A stretch of 64,000 nt of DNA, from the NCBI RefSeq assembly GCF_963853765.1, contig NC_088860.1, positions 18,848,001-18,912,000 of the forward strand. Reading direction: 5' to 3'. The notes under the pieces are model-generated. The model made no database searches, had not been told where the DNA came from, and saw nothing but the letters and a program-made list of their open reading frames with translations. Below are positions 17,427-30,600 of this stretch, one piece after another (position 1 is the first letter of the stretch; each line of letters starts with the position of its first letter). The DNA is from Magallana gigas (taxonomy: Eukaryota). The translations under genes and the position numbers were made by a program.

Positions 17427-19062
17427 GTTTTGTATTTTGTTCTACAATGCTTCCTAAACCATAGAAAGCATGTTATTGTTTGGTAAAACTGGTTAGATCT
17501 AGATTCAGTCCCCTTCACATATCCAGATAAATGGAAAGGGTGGATCTAGATAAGATTTGGGCATGCAGTATGAACACAATTTAAGGAGGGATGTTCTCGA
17601 TAGATGTAAATGCAGGTGATATTATGTAAAGGAGTGCACATGTACTTGGGTAAGGGTAACGTGAATATGTACTTCTTTTGTTGAATGACGGGATTAACCA
17701 GGTTTTTGTTCGACCGCCTGCTGGTTTGACTTTCACATTAATAGCTAGCGATTCACGTGTATATACTTGTAAAAATAAATATACGTAAACTCTTTTAAAA
17801 TCCCAACAATAGGTACTTGACGTTTATTGCGGTCTTTGTTGAAATAGTAAATTGGAATTCGCCAATCAAAATTCCGCAAAAGCGCGAGGTTCTCTTTTGA
17901 CAATATCTCGATTAGATTACAGCAAGCAATGGAAGGAATATTTGGGGGAAAAAACTCTTAATATACTGTAAAACATATAAAATTTCAAAATATAAAAGTG
18001 CATTCGTATTATTGATTATTATCTGAAATGCACAAAATACATGTATATTGCCAAGGCCCAATCATCACCATCTTTCCTTAAAATGTAAGTCATTACCCAG
18101 CCTCAAGTCGAGTTTTGATCACATTTTTATGCATTTTCCCTTTAAAAATATGAAAATATTGGTGCTGGAGGGACTGGTAATTAGAACACTGCACACACTA
18201 AATAATTCAAATAGACATAATTGGCAGCAAACATTTTATACGTAAAAAAATTTATACGTTTATTTAATCTGTTAGCGTATCGTCACGGAAAGGAGTTTGC
18301 TTAGGTTTCATTTTGCTGCCAAATTTGTAGTTGGAAGATGTTGTATCAAACGATTTAATTTTTTTTATTCAAGAGCCAGTCAACGATGTATATGTTTTAG
18401 TTCTAGTTTATGTTTTTGAAAGTTGGGGGGGGGGGGGGGGTGGGGTTGCAGCCGCATCTAAAAAATCTTGACAAGGAAAAAAAAGGAACAAATGACAACT
18501 TTTCCAAACCATGGAAATCCTAAATCCTGACGCTACCTGTCTGATCAAACATATATTCAGATGATAATTTACCAGTATTTTTCCTTGGTTCGAGACCAAT
18601 TTGGGGTTTTTGACCAGCGTGGTATTGATTCTGATCAGCATATTAAGAGAGTGGATATGCCGGAACCTTGATGTGAAATAAATTATTGAACAGTAGCATG
18701 CTGTCTTCCTATTTCCTAAAATACCAGTGGAAATTTCGAGTAACATTCTACAAAAATATGATTAATAAATAAATGTTGCAATTTATTTCAAAACAAGATC
18801 ATCAATCAACAAGTGACATATCTCTGTTATTTGTCAAAATAAAACATGTCAACAACATTCACTGAACATTACAAAGTGACGACTAATTTTTTTTCCAGGA
18901 AATTTCTCGTGAAGGTAAATTCCATTAAAACAATGTAATTGACACCCGGAGGTACAAGATGTCCTGCATATCGCCATTTCCTGGTGTGGGTCTCTCATAC
19001 GACAAACTGGCAAGACAATTAGCTCGGACTTGTAGTTTATTTCGTAGTGTGGTTGCTTCACT

Positions 19063-19537
19063 TTATGTCGCAGCAGGTACTTGTCGAAGTCCAAAAATTA
19101 GCTCATAAATCTGGACAACATGCGCTGGCACAAACACATAGAAAGTGTACGCAGAGATGGATAAAAACCCAACTAAAAATACATCTAGAGGAAAGTTAAG
19201 GCGACATCGTAGAGTAAATATATAGTACTACACATGTTGTGCATGGGCTTTAAATAATTAAATCAGATACGACCTTTACATTACAATATGACTTAGTCCA
19301 TTATTCCATGCATTTTATAAAAGAGTACCGATAAGCCATTGAAAAATTACTAACAAAAATTCATTGCAGAGTATAGGTTGCACATACATTACCTTACGTC
19401 AGTTGACGGTTTACTTTTGTAAAAAGGATACTAAACAAAAATTGTTCCAGCGGTTCCAGCATATAAATACTAGTGTTAAGGGTGTACTGGAGGTACCAGA
19501 AGTACAGGAAACTTTTGACTGAATTCACCACACCCAT
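19063..19537 (-). CDS. SPTSSA: Serine palmitoyltransferase small subunit (SPTSSA/B family), 75 aa, 2 coding exons split by a U12 intron
   Basis: Exons 19537-19432 and 19184-19063 give MGVVNSVKSFLYFWYLQYTLNTSIYMLEPLEQFLFNVFLVGFLSISAYTFYVFVPAHVVQIYELIFGLRQVPAAT*. This matches the family motifs YxQYxLxTxxYMLEPxE and YTxYVFxP. Assignment to the A or B paralogue is not resolved. Confidence 0.9.
19185..19431 (-). other. SPTSSA: U12-type GT-AG intron of the SPT small subunit gene
   Basis: Donor A|GTATCCTTTTT; branch CCTTAAC at 19201-19195, then TTTCCTCTAG. Confidence 0.9.
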
Positions 19538-20319
19538 CCTGTCCTTGCGTGCCCCCGTTTCACTTTTATCTCTCCGCTCTGATCTCTCCTCACGCCCATA
19601 CACGACTGAAGCGGTGTGAACAGCGCACGTACGAGGCAGGAACACGCGATACTTAGTCAGGGTCGTACGATCGCGGCTATTTAAATCTTACCCGAACCCA
19701 CCGAGAAAATAAATGAACGTAATACTTGTAGATGCTATTTACCTGGTATTTATTTGTTGCTATAACGATGTGATTGCCACATTTCTGTAAACATCCTGAC
19801 AAAACGATGTCCCAATTTTTGTTTTTACAGTTTTGAAATATTTTTCTTCTACATTTTTGAATTTTTTTTCTTTTGCGTCGGTTAAATGGTTGATCATGTG
19901 TGCATACGTTGACCTGTTATATAACTGATGATATAAAAAATAAGTAAATATTGAATAACTTCTTTTTGAAGAACGAAAAAGGAAAACCAAGAATTTCCTA
20001 TTTTATAGGAGACATGTCTCAATTCTAATGCGCATTTCCATTATTTTCAGGCATGGTCATAAAATTCTAAAGCCTTGTTTTATATTATAGGCCTCAATTG
20101 CGAAGTTTTCGGAAGAATAAATGTTGTTGTTGGTAGAATTCTGCTGAATAATTGAAACTTGAAAATAAGAGTTGGGAATACCGCCAAATGTATACTGTCA
20201 GTGTGTGTCTACTATTTATTGATTTTAAGTTTATATTGAAATATTTGTGGTTTTGAATTATACATGAATTGAAAACAGGTGTGGGTGTAAGAATTTGCAT
20301 TAATTTTTATAAATATCTT

Positions 20320-20506
20320 ATTAATTAAATGTTATTTACGGGGGGGGGGGGGTGTATATTGTGTTTATTATAGTCCAGTCAATAATGTGCTATGAGAATA
20401 AGATCTTATTAATTAAAAGTTATTTAGGGGGGGGGGGGGAGGGTGTATATTGTGTTTATTTGATTTGAAATTATAGTCCAGTCAATAATGTGCTATGAGC
20501 ATAAGC
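20320..20506. repeat. ~90-bp tandem duplication with a poly-G core
   Basis: TAATTAAA.GTTATTTA.G(n)TGTATATTGTGTTTATT..ATAGTCCAGTCAATAATGTGCTATGAG occurs twice. Confidence 0.8.
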
Positions 20507-21264
20507 ACCCGACGATTTAAAACTAATAAATCAAAATCCCTACTCTATTAAGTTATTATATTATTAATATGGTATATAAAACTATCTAAATTTTAAAAGA
20601 AAAAGTACATATGAACTAGGTGCATAACAATGGATATGTTGATCTTCTGTTATCTTTCCATATTTCTTTCTTTAAGGTATTCTTAATTATAGGACCCCCC
20701 CCCCCCCCCCGGGCCCCCCGTTTTTTTTAAATCAAATTTTCTGGTCTCGACGCGACGTTTTTACCAATTCACAACATTCGACATTGCATTCTATATGAAT
20801 GGACTTGTACGATCATGAACATGAATATAAATTTTCCTTAATAATTTTTCAAATTTTCAGTAGTTCATCGATCCAAATTTTTGTGCACGCTAACAAAACC
20901 TGGAGCTACGCAAATGTCAATACTAGTAAACATGCTAAAGGCCGACTCACACAATTTAAGGATTGTCACAAACGTCCTAAAGCGTGTGATTTCTTGATAT
21001 AAAATTATGACTTTGAAATTCATGAATCAATAAGTTAAACATTATTAGTTTTTTACATTACAAAGTTTACGACTAAAATATTTTCTTTACTAAAAGATGA
21101 CATTGTTTTAGATTAGAATGTGGGATTTCCTTCTTAAATCCCTGGTTACTTCCCTGAACTTGCTTCCGTTGGCAATCAAATATGTAACCAATCATTGCTA
21201 CTTGAAAACATAACATTTTATTTGTCATAATTTCAATATTTTCATTTTCCCAACATGATTGTAC

Positions 21265-21452
21265 ATAGCCATGCGCAGAGGGTCCGGATCCCCTCCCAGA
21301 ATATTAAATTCACATGGTAAAATTATCATAAATACACCTCAGACCCACCCCCTTCCTTTGCAAACAGACTTGTCCCTTGGAGCCCCCCCCCCCCCCCCCC
21401 CCGACACACACACACTCCCCCTCGAAAATTTGTTTTAAAATAAATTCCGGAT
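21265..21452. repeat. Interspersed poly-C-containing repeat (GGTCCGGATCCCC type)
   Basis: CATGCGC..GGGTCCGGATCCCC start plus C-tracts; related fragments near 26990 and 33075. Confidence 0.45.
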
Positions 21453-21627
21453 TTATACTATCCGTTTATACTTTACGTTTTCCATTTCTGCAAGCATTTC
21501 CGGTGTTGAAATTTGGATTTTCAATAAATGAACAAAAAATTACCAATGGCGTTAAGCTTTATTTTTCTAAAATACACTTATAGGAATGGAAATATTTGCT
21601 GACATAGGTTTATGAAATAATACAAAT

Positions 21628-24600
21628 ATGGCAGGGAATTTCTGGCAAAGCTCTCAGTAGTAAGTAGTACGATTTTAAGCAGTAAACATGTGGTAAATTA
21701 TTTGATCTGAATATATTGCATTGGCTAGCTATAGTACTGAAAGGGACATAAATAACGTTATTTATGTCTTTGGTACTGAACGGTAGTCTTATTCCCTTTG
21801 TTTTTTTTAAAGTTTATTTTGAACTTTTGATAATCTTGAAACAATTACCATATAGTATCATATATGAAATAGACACCTTATATTTTTTTTTCCACAGTCA
21901 GCAGTGGTTATTTGATAAACAGGATTTGATGAGAGAAAGGCAGCCAGATTTAAAAATTCTAAACTCTGAAGAGGATTACCACAAAATTCTTATATTTTTT
22001 GCAAACTGTATGTCATTTATTTATTTATTTTTGCCATAACTCTGAAAAATATTCAATTTATTACAGGATAAAATAACAATAATTATAGCAAAGTAAAAAA
22101 AATCACTGTCATTGTATCATATAGACAATCACATGCACTGAAAATTGTTACTTTATAAAAGTAAAAAATAAAACGAGAATAAATGTAGAGAAAACAGGCT
22201 TTCATGATAAATTACATAAGAAAAAATCTCTAAATAATTAGGTTCTTTGTCATCAATGAGAGAATGGTGATCATTTAATATCTTTTATCATATAGGCCTA
22301 TTCAATATTGCTTTCATGATGTTACAGTTATACAGTCCTTAGGGGAACAATTAAAACTACGACAACAAGTCATAGCCACTGCCACAGTTTACTTCAAGAG
22401 GTTCTATGCAAGGTAGGAATTACTGTTGATGCTGTTTTGGCCAAGAAAGTTTCATTCATCAAATTCCTTGATTAAAATAAAGCTTTGTTTGGTAGCACAA
22501 AAGAAATAAATAGATGGATAACTATTAACTAGGCTAGCTGAATTATCACAGATGATGATCAAGTATCTCACATACAATTTAGTTTCAATTTTGCTTATTT
22601 TGTTGAAAATGATATACTGTATAGAATTCATTTCTGTTTTTTAGGAATTCTCTGAAATGCATAGATCCATGGTTAATGGCACCAACTTGTGTCTTCCTTG
22701 CTTCAAAAGTAGAGGTAATTAAAGATGAAAAAACCACCATTTTTTTCTTTTATTCTACACCCCCCCCTAAAAAGAGTAAAAACACCCAAATAAATAAAAA
22801 AAAGTTAAAAACATTTACAAACCATGATCTTTACCTGTTAAATCTGATATGTTGAAATTGCAATATCAACTAGAAGAATTTTATGTTCTGCTCAAATCTT
22901 GTGCATATGGTATGAAACATTTTTTTGTGAAGAATTGTTGTCTGACTCTCGAGACACAGTCTGCTCAGCAGTAAACAACATGTTTTATGTAAACTGCGAT
23001 TAGATGATAATAGATCGCATCAAAGATCAATCTCCGACTATGCTTTACTTTCATTGGTCAATACTTTATATGAATGATGAGATATTCTTGTCTCATGCAA
23101 CAATGGCCAGGTTTGCAACAATGGTGAAGAATATGCTTCATGCAAAAATTTGCCTCCTTTGAGGTCTATCAAATCTCCCTATTTTTCACCGCAAGAGGTT
23201 TAATGGATTTTTATGTTACATTTTATGATTTCAAAATAAGTGTATCTGTAATTGATAGATTAATTCAACATTTATTTTGTTCAATTTGATCTTATTTTAT
23301 ATTCTAGGAATTTGGCGTCATTTCAAACAGTCGATTAATGACAACTTGCCAAACAGTTGGTAAATATTCAGATATTCTGACATACATGTCACAACGAAAA
23401 TATTATTATGATATATTTTCAGCTGTCAACACTAATTCTGTGTACCATATTCAATGCAATTATTACATAAAAATCAATTTGTGTATCAAGGAGTATAGCG
23501 TTTAAAACATTCATTTATTGTAAATGCAAACTCATGCAGGCTAATTTGAAGATGGGTGTTGTATTTGAAGATTTCATAGTATTTTCTGTTAGCTTGTTTG
23601 AAGAAAATTTGGTGTTTATTTTCAGTGAAGAACAAGTTTTCTCATGCATATCCTCAGGAATACCCTTACAGAATCAATAGTGTTTTGGAGTGTGAATTCT
23701 TTTTACTTGAAATGATGGTAAAGATACATGTAGTTTTATGTTGTCTGTTTTTTTGTTCGTTTTTTTCTCAAATTGTGTCTGTAAATTCAGAAAACCCTCA
23801 CTTGCATAACAACAGCTCATTGGTTTTTTGAAAGAATTTCAAATTTAAATTTTATATGAAGTATATCTTTCTATGACCTATGTCATGTTACTCAAGTATT
23901 TTTGTGGTTAACAAAAGTTTCTAGTAGTACTTAATTATCAAATTACTAATCTGCTCATCATTGCTCTTTGAGAGTTTTTTTTATAAAGCATACTGTAGAC
24001 TGGGAGGACTATAATTTCTTTTAAGAAAAATGGAAAACAAATTGCAATCACAAAATATGTTAGAAATTTTTTGAATTCTATAACTCATCACATTCATGAT
24101 AAGAATCTTGAATTGAAGAATATGATTGAATTTCTGAAACTTTTAATCTCTAGTTTTACAAGGAATATTTTACGATTTATACATAAAAATTGAATGCATT
24201 TTCAGGACTGCTGCCTTGTTCTCTATCATCCATACAGGCCTTTGACGGAATACTTCAAAGAGCTGGCTCATGAGGACTCACTGTATCCTCTTGCTTGGTA
24301 AGCTTATTCACTCAGGCCAAAGTAGATAATAGTGTATTTATAGCGTAGGTATATATACCAGGTATAGATAAAGAGGATATCAAAATTGTGTGATTTTATA
24401 TTTGCTTCATCTAACGAGTTGAAATGATGTTTATACAATGTATTTGCTTTGCAAGCCTCATGAATACCAGTACAGTAAAACATGGTTATAGCGAACACCC
24501 TTATGATAAATTGAAACTTACAGCGAAATGATTCCCCGTAACTTTGTTACATGTTGTAAACTTGACGAATATTAAGAATTATACTTAAAACGAAGAAAAA

Positions 24601-26233
24601 TTGTCCGTCCCTGGCACTTTGTTATAAAGCATGCATTATGTTATAAAGCATGTGGCAAATAAAAAATAGTTATCCAAAATTATATTTCAGACATATCTTA
24701 TTTTTGATGCGAGGTTAAAATTTCACTGTGATCATTCTACATGTATGTGTTGATTTATTCCTAGGAGGATAATAAACGACAGCTTGAGAACAGATGTTTG
24801 TCTCCTGTATCCACCCTATCTCATCGCTTTAGGTAATTCATTACAACCCTTTTCTTACCATCTTATAGTTATTATACCCCAGGCAACTTCCAACACAACA
24901 AAGTTGCGAGGAGTATCATGTTTTTGACTGGTCTGCTAGTCCGTCAGTTTGTTTTTTTTAAGCATAACTCCTCTTAAACGGCTGAACAGAATTTTGTGAA
25001 ATGTTATAGGTATTTAGGACACAAAATGTAGATATGCATATTACCAGGATATTCTGATTCCTTATTTTTCTATATTTACCAAAATGTAAATGAAAATTTC
25101 AGTATTGTTCATTACAAAGTCATAATTTGTTTTAATAAAATTAATTATCCAAACGATAGAATAATGATTTTTTGATTTCAAGCCTCATGAAATGAATTAA
25201 AATGAACAAATTATTATCTCTTCTCTAGCCTGTCTCCATATTGCCAGTGTAATACAGCAGAAGGATCTGAAACAATGGCTGGCTGAGTGCAGTGTAGATA
25301 TGGACAAGGTAAAATGTATATACAGGTATTACTGGGAGGTGTTGATCCAGAAAATTTCCCGGGGAGGGGGGGGGGGGGGGTCCGTTAGGAGGATTTTATT
25401 TGTTGGTTCCAAGGCTTATTTTTGGTAACATTTCAGAGTTAATTTGATGCAAGTCAGAGTTTTCAGAAACAGACATCTTCGCAAGTCAAGGGTTTCTGAT
25501 CTGCTTGCTCCTCACAAACCCTTAGCTAGCTTAGGTCAAAAAAAGAAGGAGGGCGTGGATTTCTTGACACCCATGACATCCTCTATTCCTTTATTAAACA
25601 ATACTGATTTGATAGAACTTCATTGTTACATGGAAATTCTTGTTAAGGAAAAAATTTATGCTTCTTGTTTAAAAGAATTTTTTTAAACAGAAATTTATAT
25701 TTTTATCATATTCAAATAAGAATTTTTTTATTTTATGAAAGTCAAACATGTACTAATTGATATGAACTGTCTTTATCTTGAAAAATATGATTGCAGATCT
25801 TGGAAATATCCAGACAGATTTTAGCATTGTATGAATTGTGGAAAAATTATGATGAAAAGAAAGAAATATCAGGGATTCTAGAGAAAATGCCTAAACCCAA
25901 AACAACGTAAGTACATGTATGAAACTTTATTTAGCATATGAAACCTTATTGATAAAATTTTATTTTTTGAATTATAAATGAAACCCAGAAAACTCAGAGC
26001 AGATACATTGTAAGTCTCTCTAAGTAACAGCCACTGTAGTTTCACTTTAAAATACATGGTACAATATCTTGTTTTAATTCATTCTTTATTTGTGATATTT
26101 AATCTTTTCTTCAATGACCTCTGGGTTATTGGATTGAAGTTATCTTCTCTTGTTTTTTTTTACTTCATTAAGTCCATCATCGCCACCAGATGTCGCTGCT
26201 CAGCAACAGGGCAATCAGCCAAATGTTGTGTAA
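21628..26233 (+). CDS. CCNC: Cyclin C (Mediator kinase module), 283 aa, 11 coding exons
   Basis: Exons: 21628-21659, 21898-22007, 22328-22412, 22645-22714, 23308-23359, 23626-23717, 24206-24297, 24765-24832, 25229-25308, 25797-25906, 26173-26233 (852 nt). [11 protein letters not shown] start, [36 protein letters not shown]. An acceptor near 21607 implies an upstream 5'-UTR exon. AATAAA near 26492. Confidence 0.96.
24473..24640. mobile_element. Truncated mariner-type MITE in a CCNC intron
   Basis: TA|CAGTAAAACATGGTTATAGCGAAC start; the right end is eroded. Confidence 0.5.
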
Positions 26234-27654
26234 TGAGGACACACGTGATGGGGAAGTTCACAGATTTCTGCTCAAGTTTTCAGAAGACGGAGCAGAATTA
26301 AAAAGAATTTAAACTGTTGCCAAGCAACACCATCCAAATTTTTAATTTTTTAATTGATTTACTTTATTTTAAGTAATTGGAAATTAATGAATTCAAAATG
26401 AAGTAAACAAAAGTCAAAGGACTAATACATTTCATTAAAGTACAGTTCCAAACTTGACGTGTGTTTAAATTATGTACACATTTTCATGTAATAATAAAGC
26501 CGAATGTAATATGTTGTTATTTTTTATTTAAGCGCTAAAAAGTTGTCTATTTTATTTTTGCAAGAATTCATAGAAAATTATATCGAATGTGATAAAGAAT
26601 GTACATATAAAACACCGTATTTGAATGTCTTCTCTTAACAAGCTAAATATATGCAAATGACAGACAGTTGATTGAACGTCAGCTCATGTCCAGTCTGTGT
26701 TTTTGTCTTGAATTATTTTAAGCTTTACTGCATACTCTCAACCTAACCTTGTGTCCGTCAGTATCAACGATGACACAAATTGTAAGTTAGAGATTAACTT
26801 TCCATAACTTTGAATAACACAGGCTTCAATTGATAAGAACCTTTTAATCTAGAAATGGGTGTTGAAACTTAGAAGTCGCAACAAAACGAGTACTGATATA
26901 GAATAATTTACTTGCAAAAGTCAGTTATACTTCAATGTTGGTGGATATCAACGGCAAGGAACAAACGCAACGTACGGAGCACTTCCATCGTCAGGGGGTC
27001 CGGATCCAACTGGAAAATTCAAATTTAGCACATGGAAATTCAGACAGTGTAATGTTAGATTGTATCTGCGAATGCAATGCATCGATTTCTAATAATCTTT
27101 AGGAATTGGGGAAAGCAGGTTACATAACAATGTTGAAGAAGAAACGACTTAGGTAAATAAAGAACTCAACATGCATCTATGAATTACAAATGACTGGCTT
27201 AAACAATTTGCATGCTAATTTCTGAACGCATGTGGAGTTCTTCATTTATATTTAATCATTTATTTCTCATCGAGAACCATCCGTTATATAATAAATTAAC
27301 AAGTATACAAACAAACAAATTACACGCATTAAACACGTGTGGAGCAAGAAATATACGCTCTGTTTATGGATATTCTTGCTTAAATCGATAGGAAACGCGA
27401 CCCCTTATCGTGTATACAAAGCAGCCTATTAATAGCAAGAAAATGAAAACAATCATCAGCTAGGAGCGAGAAATGAACATTGGAATACAGAAAAGTACAA
27501 GACGCGGATGTTGAATAGTGACCAGATTTTTAGATGAGGTTCAAGGAGCAGAATATTGACAATCAAGACTTTGTACGCGTGAACTTGACGAATACTATAA
27601 TAAGCCAACCATGACATAGTACAATCTCAGTAGTTAGTAGGTAAGACGAGGAGA

Positions 27655-30600
27655 ATGGGGACAGAGGTGGACTGGCCGAGAGACAGGGGGTGGTCTTGGG
27701 TCGTACTAGTGGGTAAGTAAAAAAAAAGCAACTAGTATGCAATTCGTTTATATATTTTTTGAAATTTGATTCCCGTTTGACCCCCCACCCCGCTCTCCAA
27801 ATCGAAAGAAAGCAGAAGATATGATAAAACGATCATACTTGTACATGTGGTGATTGCATCATGAATGTGTAACGGTAGAGATTAATGGTCGTTTCGTTGT
27901 GGTAGAAATACCACAACTTCTTTATTTTCGTTGAATGTTTGTATACATCGAGGCCTATTTTTAACGACCTCTATCTTGCGTCGAGACAAAAACCTTTATT
28001 TAGCTTGTACAGCAGTACAAATGCAACGTGCATAACTAAAATGTTTGGACTCATTGTCATAAACACGAGATGTACACATGATCAATGTTGACTGTAATTT
28101 TTAACCATATTACTTATATTTATATACAATTTTTTTGTTTTGTTTTTGTTTTTGTTTTTATTTTATTTTTTTAGGGGGGGGGGCGGAGTGTTTCAATTGT
28201 TTACATGAAGCTCAAATGATTAAACTACTTTACTATCGTATGGATAATTAACAACCGGAGATTTAAAAATATGGTCAATAATCAGGGACATTCTCTATTA
28301 GGTAATTGATTAAGTCAATCAATCACGTTTTAAACGTTTTAAAATAACGAGTTTTGGTAGTAGAATAGCGAAACTTTAAAAATCTGATAATATAAAAAAA
28401 ATGTATTTGAGATTTGACGTGCGTGGCTGATGAAAGCCACACTCTTTGAAACTGTTCTCTATAACTAGCAAACATTATGTGGTATTGGAGTGTAAACAGG
28501 GTGCATTGTTGAATCTTGTGCACTATTATATTTGATAACGATCATGGTTATATCCAAAATTATGCCGTTCGATGACATATTTCTATGATATCATACATGC
28601 GACTTGACTGCATGGTCGTGAGAGTGGCCTGGATTTGTGCAAAGTACAAGGGACGTTACTGGGTTAATTTGGCTGAATCTTGAAAAACAATGTCAAATTT
28701 TGATGATTTGTACCGTTAAATAAGACATTATCTGTCCTGACCTAAACTTACATCATATATGAACCAATTACAGCAGATCTAGACTGCCCTATTGATAAAG
28801 AAAGTTGATAAGGAATTTTTTTCACATGATAGAATAATTTTAGCTCAACCGAACATAAAGTTTCAAGTAACTCATGGTCAGAGAGGCGCATGAAGTTCAA
28901 TGTTACATTTGGAAATATGTAACGTTAAAAATAAATGGGAAAATGTCATCTATAATAAACACTCGGGTTACAAGAAAATTGAGGTATAGAGAAAGCATTT
29001 TATTTTAGAGAAATTTAATGGTTTAAAAAAACCCTATTTACCCTAAGGGCTAGAAAAGTGCCACAATTGAATTAATAAAGTCAAATGTGTACATGTAATC
29101 AGTTCTAGCTTATTTCGATATAGTTTCCCTCTGTATATCGTTTGATCATTTGACATGTCCAAAAGTTTATGATTGTAAAAGTGTAGAATCCCCCGCCCTT
29201 AACCTATACGTACGTACTGTGTACATACATGCATGAACCACATATGGCTCCTTTGGTCAATAAGGAACAAAGGGGGTAGTTTACATAAAAACAAGCTTTG
29301 ATTAAATTCTGATTATGTAGAGTCATGACTCCGGATTTCTGATGGTAGTCACAATCAAGGGGACAAAGAAGAGGTACATGTAAATCTAACGGGGACAATC
29401 TGTCCCAATTCCTCTAATGTAGATCAAAGCTAGAGTTTCAATTTATGGAATTAACAGGGAAGGGGAATGAGTACGTTTGTTCAAACCAGGACTATATGAC
29501 GTGTCAAATAAATAGATAAACAAATAAATAAATAAATGAAAGGACTATATGACGTGTCAAATAAATAGATAAACAAATAAATAAATAAATAAATGAAAGA
29601 ATAAATAAAGACAAAATGTTAAAGTCTGCGGATGAAGCAAAAAAAAAAAAAATAGAAAATAAAAAATGAATAAATAAATGTGAGATTGCGGCTAAACTAC
29701 TTCTTATATTTATGTTGTTCACTTAGATGGACAGTCCAAAGTCCAATGTGTTAATTGATATATATATAAACGGTTCAAAATTCATATGATTCATAAACTA
29801 CTCATTTTGAGTTCCTAGCTNNNNNNNNNNNNNNNNNNNNNNNNNNNNNNNNNNNNNNNNNNNNNNNNNNNNNNNNNNNNNNNNNNNNNNNNNNNNNNNN
29901 NNNNNNNNNNNNNNNNNNNNNNNNNNNNNNNNNNNNNNNNNNNNNNNNNNNNNNNNNNNNNNNNNAATGGTCTATAAAACTGGCATAGAGGCTTGGATTC
30001 GGGTAATTTCCTGGGGGGAGGGGGTGGTGGTCCGAGGGAGGTGTTGTCTGAGGAGGGGGGGGGGGGTCCAACTCCAAAGCCTCTTTTAAAAGGGGAGAGG
30101 CGAACTTCTCTGACTCCATTCTCTCTCATATCTGTGCATGTCATGAAGACGTTATAGTTATTTGTTAAACCATTTTAGAAAGGCTGAAACGAAGGATATA
30201 GTTTTTGAAAACATTTCACAGAATTAGAGAAGATTGGTGGTTTTCTAGACGGTACCATGTAGTATTTAATACCAGTTTGCTGCAATCGGTTGGCACAATA
30301 TGAATGCATTAACAAACGGGTCACTGTCATATCAATTTTTTTCATCATTTACCTAACCCATGACCCCAATCTTCAGTTTAACAGGGTACACGCAGTAAAC
30401 ATGCTACAGGAGCAGCTTTAAGACGAGCTCAAATATAATGGAAATGTAAACTAAATGTTCTCTATGTGAAAATAAACTATCAATACTGAATTCATCTCCT
30501 TTATGTATCCACAGGGAGCAGAATCATAAAGTCAATATGAGTAAAGACAATACATCTGAAAGATTTATTATAACTAGTCAACAGCTGGGGAAGCAGCTTT

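Noticed and set aside
19394-19645. 83-aa track ORF MFLPRTC...VNRQLT as a protein
   Set aside because: The N-terminal part is 5' UTR and the tail is U12-intron read-through; the real product is the spliced 75-aa SPT small subunit.
23070-23170. C/D-box snoRNA in a CCNC intron (ATGATGA at ~23074)
   Set aside because: No matching CTGA D box or terminal stem at a suitable distance.
29802-30144. ORFs spanning N gaps (also 59326-59535)
   Set aside because: Open only because N codons contain no stops.
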